The notes beneath the pieces are model-generated. The model had not been told where the DNA came from. It worked only from the letters and a program-made list of their open reading frames with translations, and searched no databases. Positions 24,801-33,715 of a DNA stretch of 64,000 bases are shown one piece after another. The stretch's first letter is position 1. Every line of letters starts with the position of its first letter. The position numbers were made by a program, and so were the translations under genes. The DNA comes from an uncultured Verrucomicrobiae bacterium (GTDB lineage: Bacteria; Verrucomicrobiota; Verrucomicrobiia; Limisphaerales; UBA11358): assembly GCA_963762585.1 (NCBI GenBank), contig CAVXLF010000008.1, positions 80,010 through 144,009 of the forward strand, in the 5' to 3' direction.

Positions 24801-25934
24801 TCATTCATTGATGTGGATGACTTTCGCGGGCAAAAAGCCGTTGAATTGGGTCGCCGAAGCATTGCTGTAGGCGCCGATGTTTTCCGCGTAAACCAGGTCC
24901 TCGATTTCCAGGTCCGGCAACTGCTCGGATTGGGAGATGACATCCAGCCCGTCGCAGGTCTGGCCGAACACGGCACAAATTTCCGTTTTCCCCTTCCGGA
25001 ACGCCTTCAGGTGATACTGGCAATGATCGAAAATGATGCCGCTGAACGTGTGATAGACGCTGTCATCGATGTAATAGCACCGTTTTCCATCGCGCACGGC
25101 CTTGCCGATGATGCGCGCCACGGAGGTCGCCGCCGTCGCCACCAGAAACCGTCCCGGCTCGGCCAGAATCTGGATGTCGGGAGCGAACAACCGGTCAATC
25201 TCGGCGTTGATGACACGCGTCAGTTCGCGGAACGGCCGGACGTGCCGGTTATAGGGCGCGGGAAAGCCGCCGCCGATGTCGAGGATCTTGATTTCATGGC
25301 CGCGGGATTTGGATTCCCGCATCACCGCGGCGGCGGTGTTGAGCGCCTGCACAAAATTTTGAAAATTCGTGCACTGGCTGCCGACATGGAAGCTCAAGCC
25401 CTCGACGACCAGCCCCAGTTTGAAGGCGGCCCGGATCAGGTCCACCGCTTCACCGGGCGCGCAACCGAATTTGGACGACAGCTCGCACTGCGAGCCGGTG
25501 TTGTCCACCCGCAATCGCAGCACCACGCCGGCGTGCGGAGCGTACTGCCGGATTTTTTTCAGTTCGTTCAGGTTGTCGTAGGTCACGAGCGGCTTGTACC
25601 GGTCGAGCGCCAGCAACGTTTCCTTCGGTTTGGTCGGATTGGCGTAGATGATTTTGTCCCAGATGAAATCCTGCTGCCGTTTTGCCGGCAGATGCTTGAC
25701 GTTGTCATAAACCAGCATGAACTCCGGCAGCGACGCGACGTCGAAGCTGGCCCCCACCTTGTAGAAGGTGCGGATGATGGCCGGCTCGGCGTTGGCCTTG
25801 ACGGCGAAATAGCATTGCACCTTGGGCAGGTGCCGGCGGAATTCGGCGTAATTTTTGCGGAGGATGTCGTGGTCAATGATGACCAGCGGCGTTCCGTGCT
25901 GCTTCGCAAGCGACTGGAGCTGTTTCTTGGTCAT
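24801..25934 (-). CDS. type III PLP-dependent decarboxylase (ornithine/lysine decarboxylase-like)
   Basis: 'CYFAVKANAEPAIIRTFYKVGASFDVASLPE', 'LSFHVGSQ', 'LDIGGGFP', 'ILAEPGRFLV', 'GQTCDGLD'. Confidence 0.85.
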   Translation of the reverse strand: MTKKQLQSLAKQHGTPLVIIDHDILRKNYAEFRRHLPKVQCYFAVKANAEPAIIRTFYKVGASFDVASLPEFMLVYDNVKHLPAKRQQDFIWDKIIYANPTKPKETLLALDRYKPLVTYDNLNELKKIRQYAPHAGVVLRLRVDNTGSQCELSSKFGCAPGEAVDLIRAAFKLGLVVEGLSFHVGSQCTNFQNFVQALNTAAAVMRESKSRGHEIKILDIGGGFPAPYNRHVRPFRELTRVINAEIDRLFAPDIQILAEPGRFLVATAATSVARIIGKAVRDGKRCYYIDDSVYHTFSGIIFDHCQYHLKAFRKGKTEICAVFGQTCDGLDVISQSEQLPDLEIEDLVYAENIGAYSNASATQFNGFLPAKVIHINE

Positions 25935-25983
25935 AAACGTAATCGGCAGACGCGGCTTTAATGGGTTTGCTTCAGCGAGACAA

Positions 25984-26011
25984 GAAAAAACGGGCCGGGA
26001 TCATCCCGGCC
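25984..26011 (-). terminator. Rho-independent terminator after the deoxyhypusine-synthase-like gene
   Basis: Minus strand 'GGCCGGGA TGA TCCCGGCC' (8-bp perfect stem) is followed by 'CGTTTTTTCTT'. It begins 29 nt after the stop at 26040. Confidence 0.7.
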
Positions 26012-26039
26012 ATCCAGCAGAGAGACAGCTGAATCCGTT

Positions 26040-27251
26040 TTAGTCCAGCACCGGCTGGCTGCCGTCAATCATCTTTACCTTGTTGTGCAGGAAATATTCC
26101 TTCGTCAGGGCCTTCATGATTTTTGGGAGCTGATCGTAAAGACGTTTCAGCTTGCGCGGCTTGTGCTTCGCCAGCGCGTAATGCGTCAACAGCGGCATCG
26201 CAATGGTGGTGTCCGTGTAACAGACCACAGCGTCGGGCAGCTTGGTCGGGTCCACCTTGCCCCAGCTCACGGCCTCGCTCGGCGTGGCGCCGGAAAGACC
26301 GCCGGTGTCGGGCCGCGCGTCGGTGACCTGGATGAAAAAGTCCTGGCCGAATTCCTTGATGCGGAGCACCTCCTGGATTTGCGGCTCGGTCTGGAGCGTG
26401 AAATTTTTCGGACTGCCACCGCCCCAGAGGACCACGCCGCTGCGTCCGCCCGCACGTTTGGCGGCGAGGACAATGCCCGTGGTCTCATTCACGTCGATGG
26501 ACGGGTTCATGCGAAGTTTGCTGCCGCGCAGTTCGACCCCCGCGACGTTCATGCCGATGGTTGAATCGCCGGGCGAGCTGGTGTAGCACGGCACGCCGGC
26601 GCGATAGGCGGCGGCCATGACGGAAACGTCCTTCAGGCCGTTCTTGCGCTCCCACTCGGCGGCGTATTTGCCGATGAGATGGTGCAGTTCCGCAGTGCCC
26701 ATTTCCTTTTGAAATTCCGGCTGGCAGAACATTTCTCGCAGCAAATCGTCCGTGGCCATCAGGCCGTCGGAATAAGGAATGACGACGTCATAGATCCGGA
26801 CGAGGTCGTTGTCGCGCAGGTCGGTGTCGTCGAATTTGAAGCTGCCGCTGTGCACCGGATAATTCAGCGCGAAGTGGAGATCGTGATACAGGTTGGCGCC
26901 GGTGGAGACGATCCAATCCACGAAGCCCGCCTTGATGAGGGGAATGATGCTGGAACAGCCGAGGCCGGCGGGGGTGAGCGCGCCGGAAATGCTCATGCCG
27001 ATGGTCACATCGGGCGCGAGCATGCGGTCGGCGAAAAGCTGGCAGGCTTCCTTGAGCCGGGCGGAATTATAGGCGAGGAACACCTCGTCAATGATGTAGG
27101 TGAGTTTTTCGCGGCCGTTCAGGTTCTTGGGGTGGATGCGTTTGCCCGCCATGTATTTCTTTTTGTGCGGGCATTCCTTTTCCTTCAGCCATTCCGGCAT
27201 TTCGGAGATGTCTTCCCGGGAGCGGACGTGGGCGCGTTCAGTTCTTGCCAT
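26040..27251 (-). CDS. deoxyhypusine synthase family protein (homospermidine-synthase-like)
   Basis: '[42 protein letters not shown]', '[12 protein letters not shown]', '[10 protein letters not shown]'. Confidence 0.8.
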   Translation of the reverse strand: MARTERAHVRSREDISEMPEWLKEKECPHKKKYMAGKRIHPKNLNGREKLTYIIDEVFLAYNSARLKEACQLFADRMLAPDVTIGMSISGALTPAGLGCSSIIPLIKAGFVDWIVSTGANLYHDLHFALNYPVHSGSFKFDDTDLRDNDLVRIYDVVIPYSDGLMATDDLLREMFCQPEFQKEMGTAELHHLIGKYAAEWERKNGLKDVSVMAAAYRAGVPCYTSSPGDSTIGMNVAGVELRGSKLRMNPSIDVNETTGIVLAAKRAGGRSGVVLWGGGSPKNFTLQTEPQIQEVLRIKEFGQDFFIQVTDARPDTGGLSGATPSEAVSWGKVDPTKLPDAVVCYTDTTIAMPLLTHYALAKHKPRKLKRLYDQLPKIMKALTKEYFLHNKVKMIDGSQPVLD

Positions 27252-27382
27252 AATTCAGATAAATTTTGTGCCGCTTACGATACAAACCCTGGCGCCGATG
27301 ACAAACTTTAATTGCGTCCAACTCCGGCACACCGCGGGAAGAGCGGAAGCCGGAAGGGGTTGGAATGGCTGGAAGCAGCCAG

Positions 27383-28441
27383 CTATTGCACGGTCACGAG
27401 ATCCGGCCGGGCCAGTGAAAGTCCGCCGTGGAGGTCATCATGGAATTGGGCGCCGATGATGACATTATTGGTGCAGGTGGTGTTGTTGACCCGGAAGGCG
27501 GCGCTGCCGCAATTGCTGGCAATCAGGTTGGTGAAGGCGTTGTGCACGCATTCGGTCCGGGGGGTCGGCTGCCAGCCCCGCAAGGTTTGCCGTTCGGTAT
27601 GCGCCATGAAAACTCCGTAGTGGCGGCTGTTGTGGATGGAAATGTTGGAAAAATGATCGTTGCAACTGGCCCGCATGAAGATGCCGAGGTCGTTGGCCAC
27701 CAGCACTGCGTTGCTGACGACATTGTGGTTGAAAGCCAGGTCAAGTGATATGCCGGCCCCGGGATTGTCATGGAGATAAAGTTCGGTGAACAGGCAGTCC
27801 TCCGTACGATAGCAGGCGAGGCCGTCGAACTCATTGTCGAACGCGGTCAAATCCCGCACCGTCAACCGCCGCACCCCCAGCGTGGTTACCAGGCCCCCCG
27901 AACGGCAACGCGCACAGGTCACCTCTTCCACCGTTGAATCGCTCACACCCTGCACCGTGATTCCGTTATTGTGGATCTCCGAGCCTTCTCCGTTCAACCG
28001 CCAGAGTTCACGATCCTGGTGAGCGCGATTTCCATCGATGGAAAGACCGCTGACGCGCAGGTAACGGACGGTTTGTCCGGGACTATTGACCGGCTCCCCC
28101 ATGATGATGACCGGGCAATCGGCCCCATCCGCCAACCGGAGAACCGTTGTCCTCCCGGAGCCACGCAACACTTGATGGTCACGCTGCAACACAATCGGCT
28201 GACGAATCTCAAAAGCCCCGGGTGCCAACACCACTTCGCCGCCACGCTCCGGCAGGGCGTCCAAGGCCCGTTGGATCACGGCGCCCGTCACGCCGGCCGG
28301 CAGCCGGATGACCACCAGCTCGGAAGCCTGGACCGGGGTTTGAAAAATGACAGGATACGCAAACGGAAACACCAACAACCCCACGAAAATCGTGCGGGCC
28401 ACAGCCGTCCAACTTTTGGTTCGATTTAGTCTCATCTTCAT
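27383..28441 (-). CDS. secreted right-handed parallel beta-helix repeat protein
   Basis: Signal-like 'MKMRLNRTKSWTAVARTIFVGLLVFPFAYP'. Repeated 'N..I....G..' rungs: 'IHNNGITVQGVSDSTV', 'LTAFDNEFDGLACY', 'YLHDNPGAGISLD', 'ISIHNSRHYGVFM'. Confidence 0.65.
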   Translation of the reverse strand: MKMRLNRTKSWTAVARTIFVGLLVFPFAYPVIFQTPVQASELVVIRLPAGVTGAVIQRALDALPERGGEVVLAPGAFEIRQPIVLQRDHQVLRGSGRTTVLRLADGADCPVIIMGEPVNSPGQTVRYLRVSGLSIDGNRAHQDRELWRLNGEGSEIHNNGITVQGVSDSTVEEVTCARCRSGGLVTTLGVRRLTVRDLTAFDNEFDGLACYRTEDCLFTELYLHDNPGAGISLDLAFNHNVVSNAVLVANDLGIFMRASCNDHFSNISIHNSRHYGVFMAHTERQTLRGWQPTPRTECVHNAFTNLIASNCGSAAFRVNNTTCTNNVIIGAQFHDDLHGGLSLARPDLVTVQ

Positions 28442-28680
28442 AAGCGTGAGAACGTTGTTAGCAATCGCTGTTCCTAGTTCAGCTTCGTCCATTTCGCGGG
28501 ATTTTTCATCAAACCACCTTCACTTTTTTAAACATTTTTTATTTGAACTAATCCAAAACGTGGCCGATAGTAATGGTTGAAGAGTTGAGTAATTCCAGAC
28601 TGGACGTTATTTCCCCGGTAAATGGGCTTCGTTTCGAGATTTCCCCGGCACAACGGAACGGTTATGCTCTGTGCGCTATT

Positions 28681-29781
28681 ATGGCGAACCCGCAATCTGC
28701 GAACTCATCAGCCGCTGCCGGAATCGGATATGCGATGCCGGCGGAATGGGAAAGGCATGAAGCCACCTGGCTCGGCTGGCCGCACAATGAAACCGATTGG
28801 CCGAACAAACTCGACACCATCCGCTGGGTTTATGGCGAGATGGTGCGAAAAATTTCACCGGGCGAAATCGTGCGGCTGCTGGTCCGGAACCCCGCCGAAC
28901 AAAAACTGGCCGCCAGCTATTTGAAACGCGCCGGCTGCGATCTGAACCAGGTCGAATTTATCGTGCACCCGACCAATCGCGGCTGGACCCGCGACAGCGG
29001 ACCGATCTTCGTGAAGCGGAGGTCAAAGTCCAAAGGCCAAAGTCCAAAATCAGAAACCGCGATCGTGCATTTCCACTTCAACGCCTGGGCGAAATATGAT
29101 GACTGGAAAAAGGACACCCGTGTCCCGGAGACAGCCGCCCGGCGGTTGAAGCAACCGCTGTTCAACGCGCAGTTCAACGGAAGAAATTTTGTCATCGAAG
29201 GCGGCGGCATCGAAGTCAACGGTCGCGGCACATTGCTCACCACCGAGGAATGCTATCTGCACCCGAAAATCCAGGTGCGGAATCCCGGCCTGACCAAGGC
29301 GCAATACGACGAGACGTTCAGAAACCATCTCGGCGTCAAAAACATCCTCTGGCTGCTCAACGGACCGGTCGGTGACGACACGCACGGGCACATTGACGAC
29401 ATCTGCCGCTTCGTAAATTCCAAAACGCTCGTGCTCATCCGGGAAACCAACCGGCGCGACATCAATTACCGGCCGCTTGCCGAAAACTGGGAACGTGTGC
29501 GGGAATTCCGGCTCGAAGACGGCTCAAAACCCGAAGTGGTGCCGCTGCCCATGCCCGCGCCAATTTTTTATGACGGCTATCGCCTGCCCGCGAGCTACGC
29601 AAATTTTTATATTTGCAACGCCGGCGTCATCGTCCCCACGTTCAACGATCCGAACGACCGGGTGGCGCTCGGCACGCTGGGCGAGTTGTTCAAGGACCGT
29701 CCGGTGGTGGGTATTCATGCCGTTGACCTCGTGCTCGGTTTCGGCTCGCTGCACTGCCTGACGCAGCAACAACCGGCGTAA
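28681..29781 (+). CDS. aguA: agmatine deiminase
   Basis: 'YAMPAEWERHEATWLGWPHNETDW', 'NRGWTRDSGPIFV', 'FNAWAKY', 'EGGGIEVNGRGTLLTTEECYL', 'GHIDDICRF', 'GSLHCLTQQQP'. Start placed at the ATG at 28681, upstream of the conserved 'MPAEWE'. Confidence 0.9.
   Translation: MANPQSANSSAAAGIGYAMPAEWERHEATWLGWPHNETDWPNKLDTIRWVYGEMVRKISPGEIVRLLVRNPAEQKLAASYLKRAGCDLNQVEFIVHPTNRGWTRDSGPIFVKRRSKSKGQSPKSETAIVHFHFNAWAKYDDWKKDTRVPETAARRLKQPLFNAQFNGRNFVIEGGGIEVNGRGTLLTTEECYLHPKIQVRNPGLTKAQYDETFRNHLGVKNILWLLNGPVGDDTHGHIDDICRFVNSKTLVLIRETNRRDINYRPLAENWERVREFRLEDGSKPEVVPLPMPAPIFYDGYRLPASYANFYICNAGVIVPTFNDPNDRVALGTLGELFKDRPVVGIHAVDLVLGFGSLHCLTQQQPA
29022..29056 (+). repeat. five GTCCAAA-type heptamers inside aguA
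   Basis: Units GTCAAAG TCCAAAG GCCAAAG TCCAAAA TCAGAAA, translated 'SKSKGQSPKSE', between conserved 'DSGPIFV' and 'FHFNAW'. Confidence 0.7.
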
Positions 29782-29800
29782 AATTCCACCCGGCATCACC

Positions 29801-30859
29801 ATGAATCCGCCCCAGGTCAGCCCCGTGTTGGATTGGTTGCTGCGGAAGCATCCCCAGACGCCGAAGACCCGCGCCAAACAATGGATATTGGCGGGACGGG
29901 TCAGCGTCAACGGCGTCATCATCCGCAAACCTCATCAGGCCATCCCGGACCCGGGCGATGACCTGGAACTGCGCGATCGTCAGACCACCACCCTGGCGTG
30001 CGGTTCCGGCTGGCAGATTCATCCGCGCGTTTCCTTGCTTTACCTGGATTCCGCCCTGGCCATTGTCAACAAGGGGCCCGGCCTCATCTCCGTGCCGGCG
30101 GCGAATTGCGATCTTTCCGCGCTCAGCATCCTCGCCGATTTCCTGGCCGGAAAACTGAAGGCCCGGGACCGCGGCGTCGCCGGCAAGTCATTGCCCGCCG
30201 TCTATCGCCGGCTGCAACCTTTGCCGGTTCATCGCCTTGACCAATACACCAGCGGCGTTTTTTGCCTGGCCACCAACCCCGCCGCACGGCATCACTTGAT
30301 CGAGCAATTAAAGACGCACTCCATGAAGCGGGAATATGTGGCCTACGTGGAAGGGCGTCCGCACCCGCCCGCCGGCACCTGGCGGCAACGGCTGCAATTG
30401 AGCCGGGACGAACTGCGCCAGCATGTGCTTTCGGAAACGCAACGCCCGGATCCGGGCGCCGAAGTCCGCGAGGCCATCACCCATTACGAAGTCATCACGG
30501 AGTATCCGCTCGCCGGCGGCAAAGGGTTCGTCAGCAAACTGCGGCTCCGGCTGGAGACCGGCCGAAAACACCAGATCCGCGCCCAGGCCGCCCATGCCGG
30601 ACATCCTTTGATTGGTGACCGCACCTATAACCCGGCCTGTCGCGGACCCGACCCCGGCGACGCGACCATCGATTTCCCGCGTCAAGCGTTACATGCCGAA
30701 GTCCTCAGCCTCGAACACCCGGAACAGCCGGGGCGGCGCATGACCTGGACGGCCGAATTGCCCAAAGACCTTCGCCAGCTTGAGGCCACCCTGCGTTCTT
30801 CCCGATTCCAATCCAGCCAGCCTGGCCGCCGGAGGGATGGGAATCCTGACAAACGCTGA
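29801..30859 (+). CDS. RluA-family pseudouridine synthase with S4-like N-terminal domain
   Basis: 'WILAGRVSVNGVII', catalytic 'PVHRLDQYTSGVFCLA', 'GRKHQIRAQAAHAGHPLIGDRTY'. Confidence 0.85.
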   Translation: MNPPQVSPVLDWLLRKHPQTPKTRAKQWILAGRVSVNGVIIRKPHQAIPDPGDDLELRDRQTTTLACGSGWQIHPRVSLLYLDSALAIVNKGPGLISVPAANCDLSALSILADFLAGKLKARDRGVAGKSLPAVYRRLQPLPVHRLDQYTSGVFCLATNPAARHHLIEQLKTHSMKREYVAYVEGRPHPPAGTWRQRLQLSRDELRQHVLSETQRPDPGAEVREAITHYEVITEYPLAGGKGFVSKLRLRLETGRKHQIRAQAAHAGHPLIGDRTYNPACRGPDPGDATIDFPRQALHAEVLSLEHPEQPGRRMTWTAELPKDLRQLEATLRSSRFQSSQPGRRRDGNPDKR

Positions 30860-30944
30860 AGGCGGAAAACAACCTTCGCACCGGGTGCACCGCCTTTAAC
30901 TTTTGTTGTTTGGGTTCGTAACCTTTGGCATCCTGCCTGGCAAG

Positions 30945-31307
30945 ATGCCCTTCAGCGTGACCCAGCAACTGGGAAAGCCCCCAACCTTTCCCGAACTTCA
31001 AGCGTTGGCCAGACAGCATGACGTCCAGATCAACGGCGACGAACTGGCCGGCAACTTCTGCCATCCCAATCCGGAGCAGCCCAAGGTAACCGGCCATTAT
31101 GCCTTTAAACCGAATGGTGACCTCCGTGGCAATTTTACCGGTAATTTCATGGGGAAACTGGCCGGGAGCTTCGTGTTGACGACGGGAAACGCCGAAATCA
31201 CCATCACCGAAAAGCCATTTCTGCTGCCGGAGTCGGTTTTGAAATCAACACTGTCGGTGGCGCTGAAAGATTTTTGCGCCAGATTTTCACCGGACGCAAT
31301 TACCTGA
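30945..31307 (+). CDS. hypothetical protein
   Basis: ORF 30903..31307; start taken at 'MPFSVTQQLGKPPTF'. I recognise no motif. Coding is supported only by ORF length and position between annotated genes. Confidence 0.35.
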   Translation: MPFSVTQQLGKPPTFPELQALARQHDVQINGDELAGNFCHPNPEQPKVTGHYAFKPNGDLRGNFTGNFMGKLAGSFVLTTGNAEITITEKPFLLPESVLKSTLSVALKDFCARFSPDAIT

Positions 31308-31405
31308 CCAGAGCGAGCATTCGGGAAGGTGATGTTTTTTGTCTGGTTTCAGCGCCTTTTCCGAGGCATCGTTTGCGCTCATTTCTGACTTTGGCAAAAA
31401 CTACT

Positions 31406-32444
31406 ATGAAGAACATTTGTTGCCTGTTGCTCGCCGGAATGCTGGTTTCCGGTTGTCGCACGCCGCTGGACCCGGCCAATTCCCATTCCAATCTCCGGAC
31501 CAGGACGGTTCTCAAGTACATCCAAAGCCTCGAAACAAAACCGGATAAACGTCTGTTGTCCGGCCAGTTTTCCAATTTTGGAGACACGGCGAATCTGAAC
31601 CTGCTGGCCAATGTTCACTACCAGACCGGGCATTGGCCGGCCATTCTGGGCGTGGACTACGCCGGTGGCGGGGGCATCAACACGGAAACGCCGAACCGGG
31701 CGGCCATCGAGTATTGGAAGGCCGGCGGATTGGTGACCATCAGTACGCATCTTTACAACCCCGCCCGGGCAACCAACGACGCGTTTAGCGGGTTGCGTGA
31801 CCGGGACGTTGACCTCAACACCCTGCTGGCACCCGGCACGGAAGCGCACGCCCGCTGGATGCAGGAACTCGACCAGGTGGCGGCAGGCCTGCAGGAACTC
31901 CAAAACCGCGGCGTGGTGGTTTTGTGGCGGCCGTTCCATGAAATGAACGGAAACTGGTTCTGGTGGGACGGCAAGGACCCGGAGACGTTCAAAAAACTCT
32001 GGCGCCAGATGTTTGTTCTATTTCACCAGGACCAAACACCTGAACAATCTGCTGTGGGTCTATGCCCCGAATTACGGGACCAACACGGTGGTATATTATC
32101 CCGGCGACCGTTATGTGGATCTGGCCGGTCTCGACGCCTACACCGATTTGGTGGACACCAACCACATTCTGGGATACGCCGAGGTCGCCCAGCTGCCCAA
32201 ACCGTTTGGTTTTACGGAATACGGACCGCAGGGGCCGGAAAATCCGCCGGGCGATTATGATTACCTCCGGTTCCTTCATGGGGTGCAGACCAATTTCCCG
32301 CAAACCGTGTTCTTCATGAGCTGGAACGCAAAATGGAGCCTGGCCCGAAACACGAACGTCACCGAAATGCTGAACGATCCCTGGATCGTCAATCGCAATG
32401 ATCTCCCAAAGGGACTTGCGGGTGACCCCAAACTCAGCCAATAA
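31406..32444 (+). pseudogene. GH26-like beta-mannanase lipoprotein, frame broken by one extra base
   Basis: Lipobox 'LLAGMLVSGC'. 'VVLWRPFHEMNGNWFWWDGKDPETFKKLWRQMF' in the frame of ORF 31274..32260 continues as 'YFTRTKHLNNLLWVYAPN...GFTEYGPQ' in the frame of ORF 32013..32444. The switch lies at 32009-32021. Confidence 0.75.
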
Positions 32445-32454
32445 ATCCGGCAGC

Positions 32455-33495
32455 ATGGCGTTTAAAAATTTCCCCAGGCAAACGCAGGGCGTGCAATTGC
32501 TTCAACGCTCGCTCGCCCGCGGACGGCTCGGCCATGCCTACCTCTTCACCGGTCACCAACTGGAGGAACTCGAAACGCTCGCCCGCACCCTGGCCAAGAC
32601 GTTGAATTGCCTGCAGCCGGTCAAAACCGGCGGCGTCACGACCGATTGTTGCGACGAATGTTTGAGCTGCCGGAAAATTGACAATGAATCGTATCCGGAC
32701 GTGCATTGGGCCCGGCCGGAATCCAGGTCGCGGGTCGTTACCGTGGAGCAAATGCGCGAGTTGATGCGCGAAATTCAACTCAAACCGACCGAGGCCGGAT
32801 ACAAGGTCGCCATCATCGCCGCCGCGGACCGCTTAAACACGCAGGCAGCGAACGCCTTTCTGAAAACGCTCGAAGAGCCGCCCGCCAGAACCGTGTTGAT
32901 TCTGCTCTCCACCGAACCGCAGCGGATTTTGGAGACGATTTTGTCGCGCTGCCTGCGCCTCAATTTCTCCGCCGAAGGAGCCCGGATGCTCGATGACGCG
33001 CAGGCGGAATGGCTGGCCCGGTTCGGCGCCCTGGCGGCGGCCGAACAAAAGAGCCTGATGGGCCGCTACCGTCTGCTCGACGTCCTGCTCCAAAAACTTG
33101 GCGAAATCCGCGCGCAGGTGGACGAAGCGCTCACGGCGCGTTCGCCGCTGCAGCGCCATGACGACGTGGAAAAGGATTTGCGCGAACGATGGGAGGACGA
33201 ACTGGCGGCGGCCATCGAGGCGGAATACCGCCGGCAACGCGCGGACCTGCTTTTGCTCGTGCAATGGTGGCTCCGGGATGTCTGGCTGCACACCCTGGCC
33301 GTCGGCGGTGAACTGCTGAATTTCCCGCAACTGGCCGGCGCGGAATCCGTCGCCAAAAAAATCACACCGCGCCAGGCGTTGGACAATTTGCAAACCCTGG
33401 AACAGACGCAACGCCTGCTGCATACGAATGTGCAGGAAGCGCTGGCGCTGGAAGTGGGCCTGTTAAAACTCCATCTGGGTGGCCTCCGAATCTGA
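32455..33495 (+). CDS. holB: DNA polymerase III subunit delta-prime
   Basis: 'GRLGHAYLFTGHQLEELETLARTLAKTLNC', Zn-module-like 'CCDECLSCRKI', 'AANAFLKTLEEPP', 'TILSRC'. Confidence 0.85.
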   Translation: MAFKNFPRQTQGVQLLQRSLARGRLGHAYLFTGHQLEELETLARTLAKTLNCLQPVKTGGVTTDCCDECLSCRKIDNESYPDVHWARPESRSRVVTVEQMRELMREIQLKPTEAGYKVAIIAAADRLNTQAANAFLKTLEEPPARTVLILLSTEPQRILETILSRCLRLNFSAEGARMLDDAQAEWLARFGALAAAEQKSLMGRYRLLDVLLQKLGEIRAQVDEALTARSPLQRHDDVEKDLRERWEDELAAAIEAEYRRQRADLLLLVQWWLRDVWLHTLAVGGELLNFPQLAGAESVAKKITPRQALDNLQTLEQTQRLLHTNVQEALALEVGLLKLHLGGLRI

Positions 33496-33586
33496 CGGAG
33501 CGCGGGTCATGCAAACGGCTTCAGCCCGGCCCGGATTCCGTCCCCACCCTCGGATTTCCCATCCTAACCGAAGATTTTTTGATTTA

Positions 33587-33617
33587 TTGTCGGATTTGCC
33601 GGCGGGCGGCGCTTTAC
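33587..33617 (+). promoter_or_regulatory. 31-nt promoter-like element upstream of the GH2 gene (copy B)
   Basis: 'TTGTCGGATTTGCCGGCGGGCGGCGCTTTAC' ends 8 nt before an in-frame ATG at 33626 and 98 nt before the signal-peptide Met at 33716. Confidence 0.55.
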
Positions 33618-33715
33618 AGTTAACCATGAGAAATCATCAAGCCATCGTCCATCTGAACGGCTTTCAACCGCGCAGTCTGTTGCCATCCCAGTCAAAACCA
33701 GCTAATCTACGCCCA

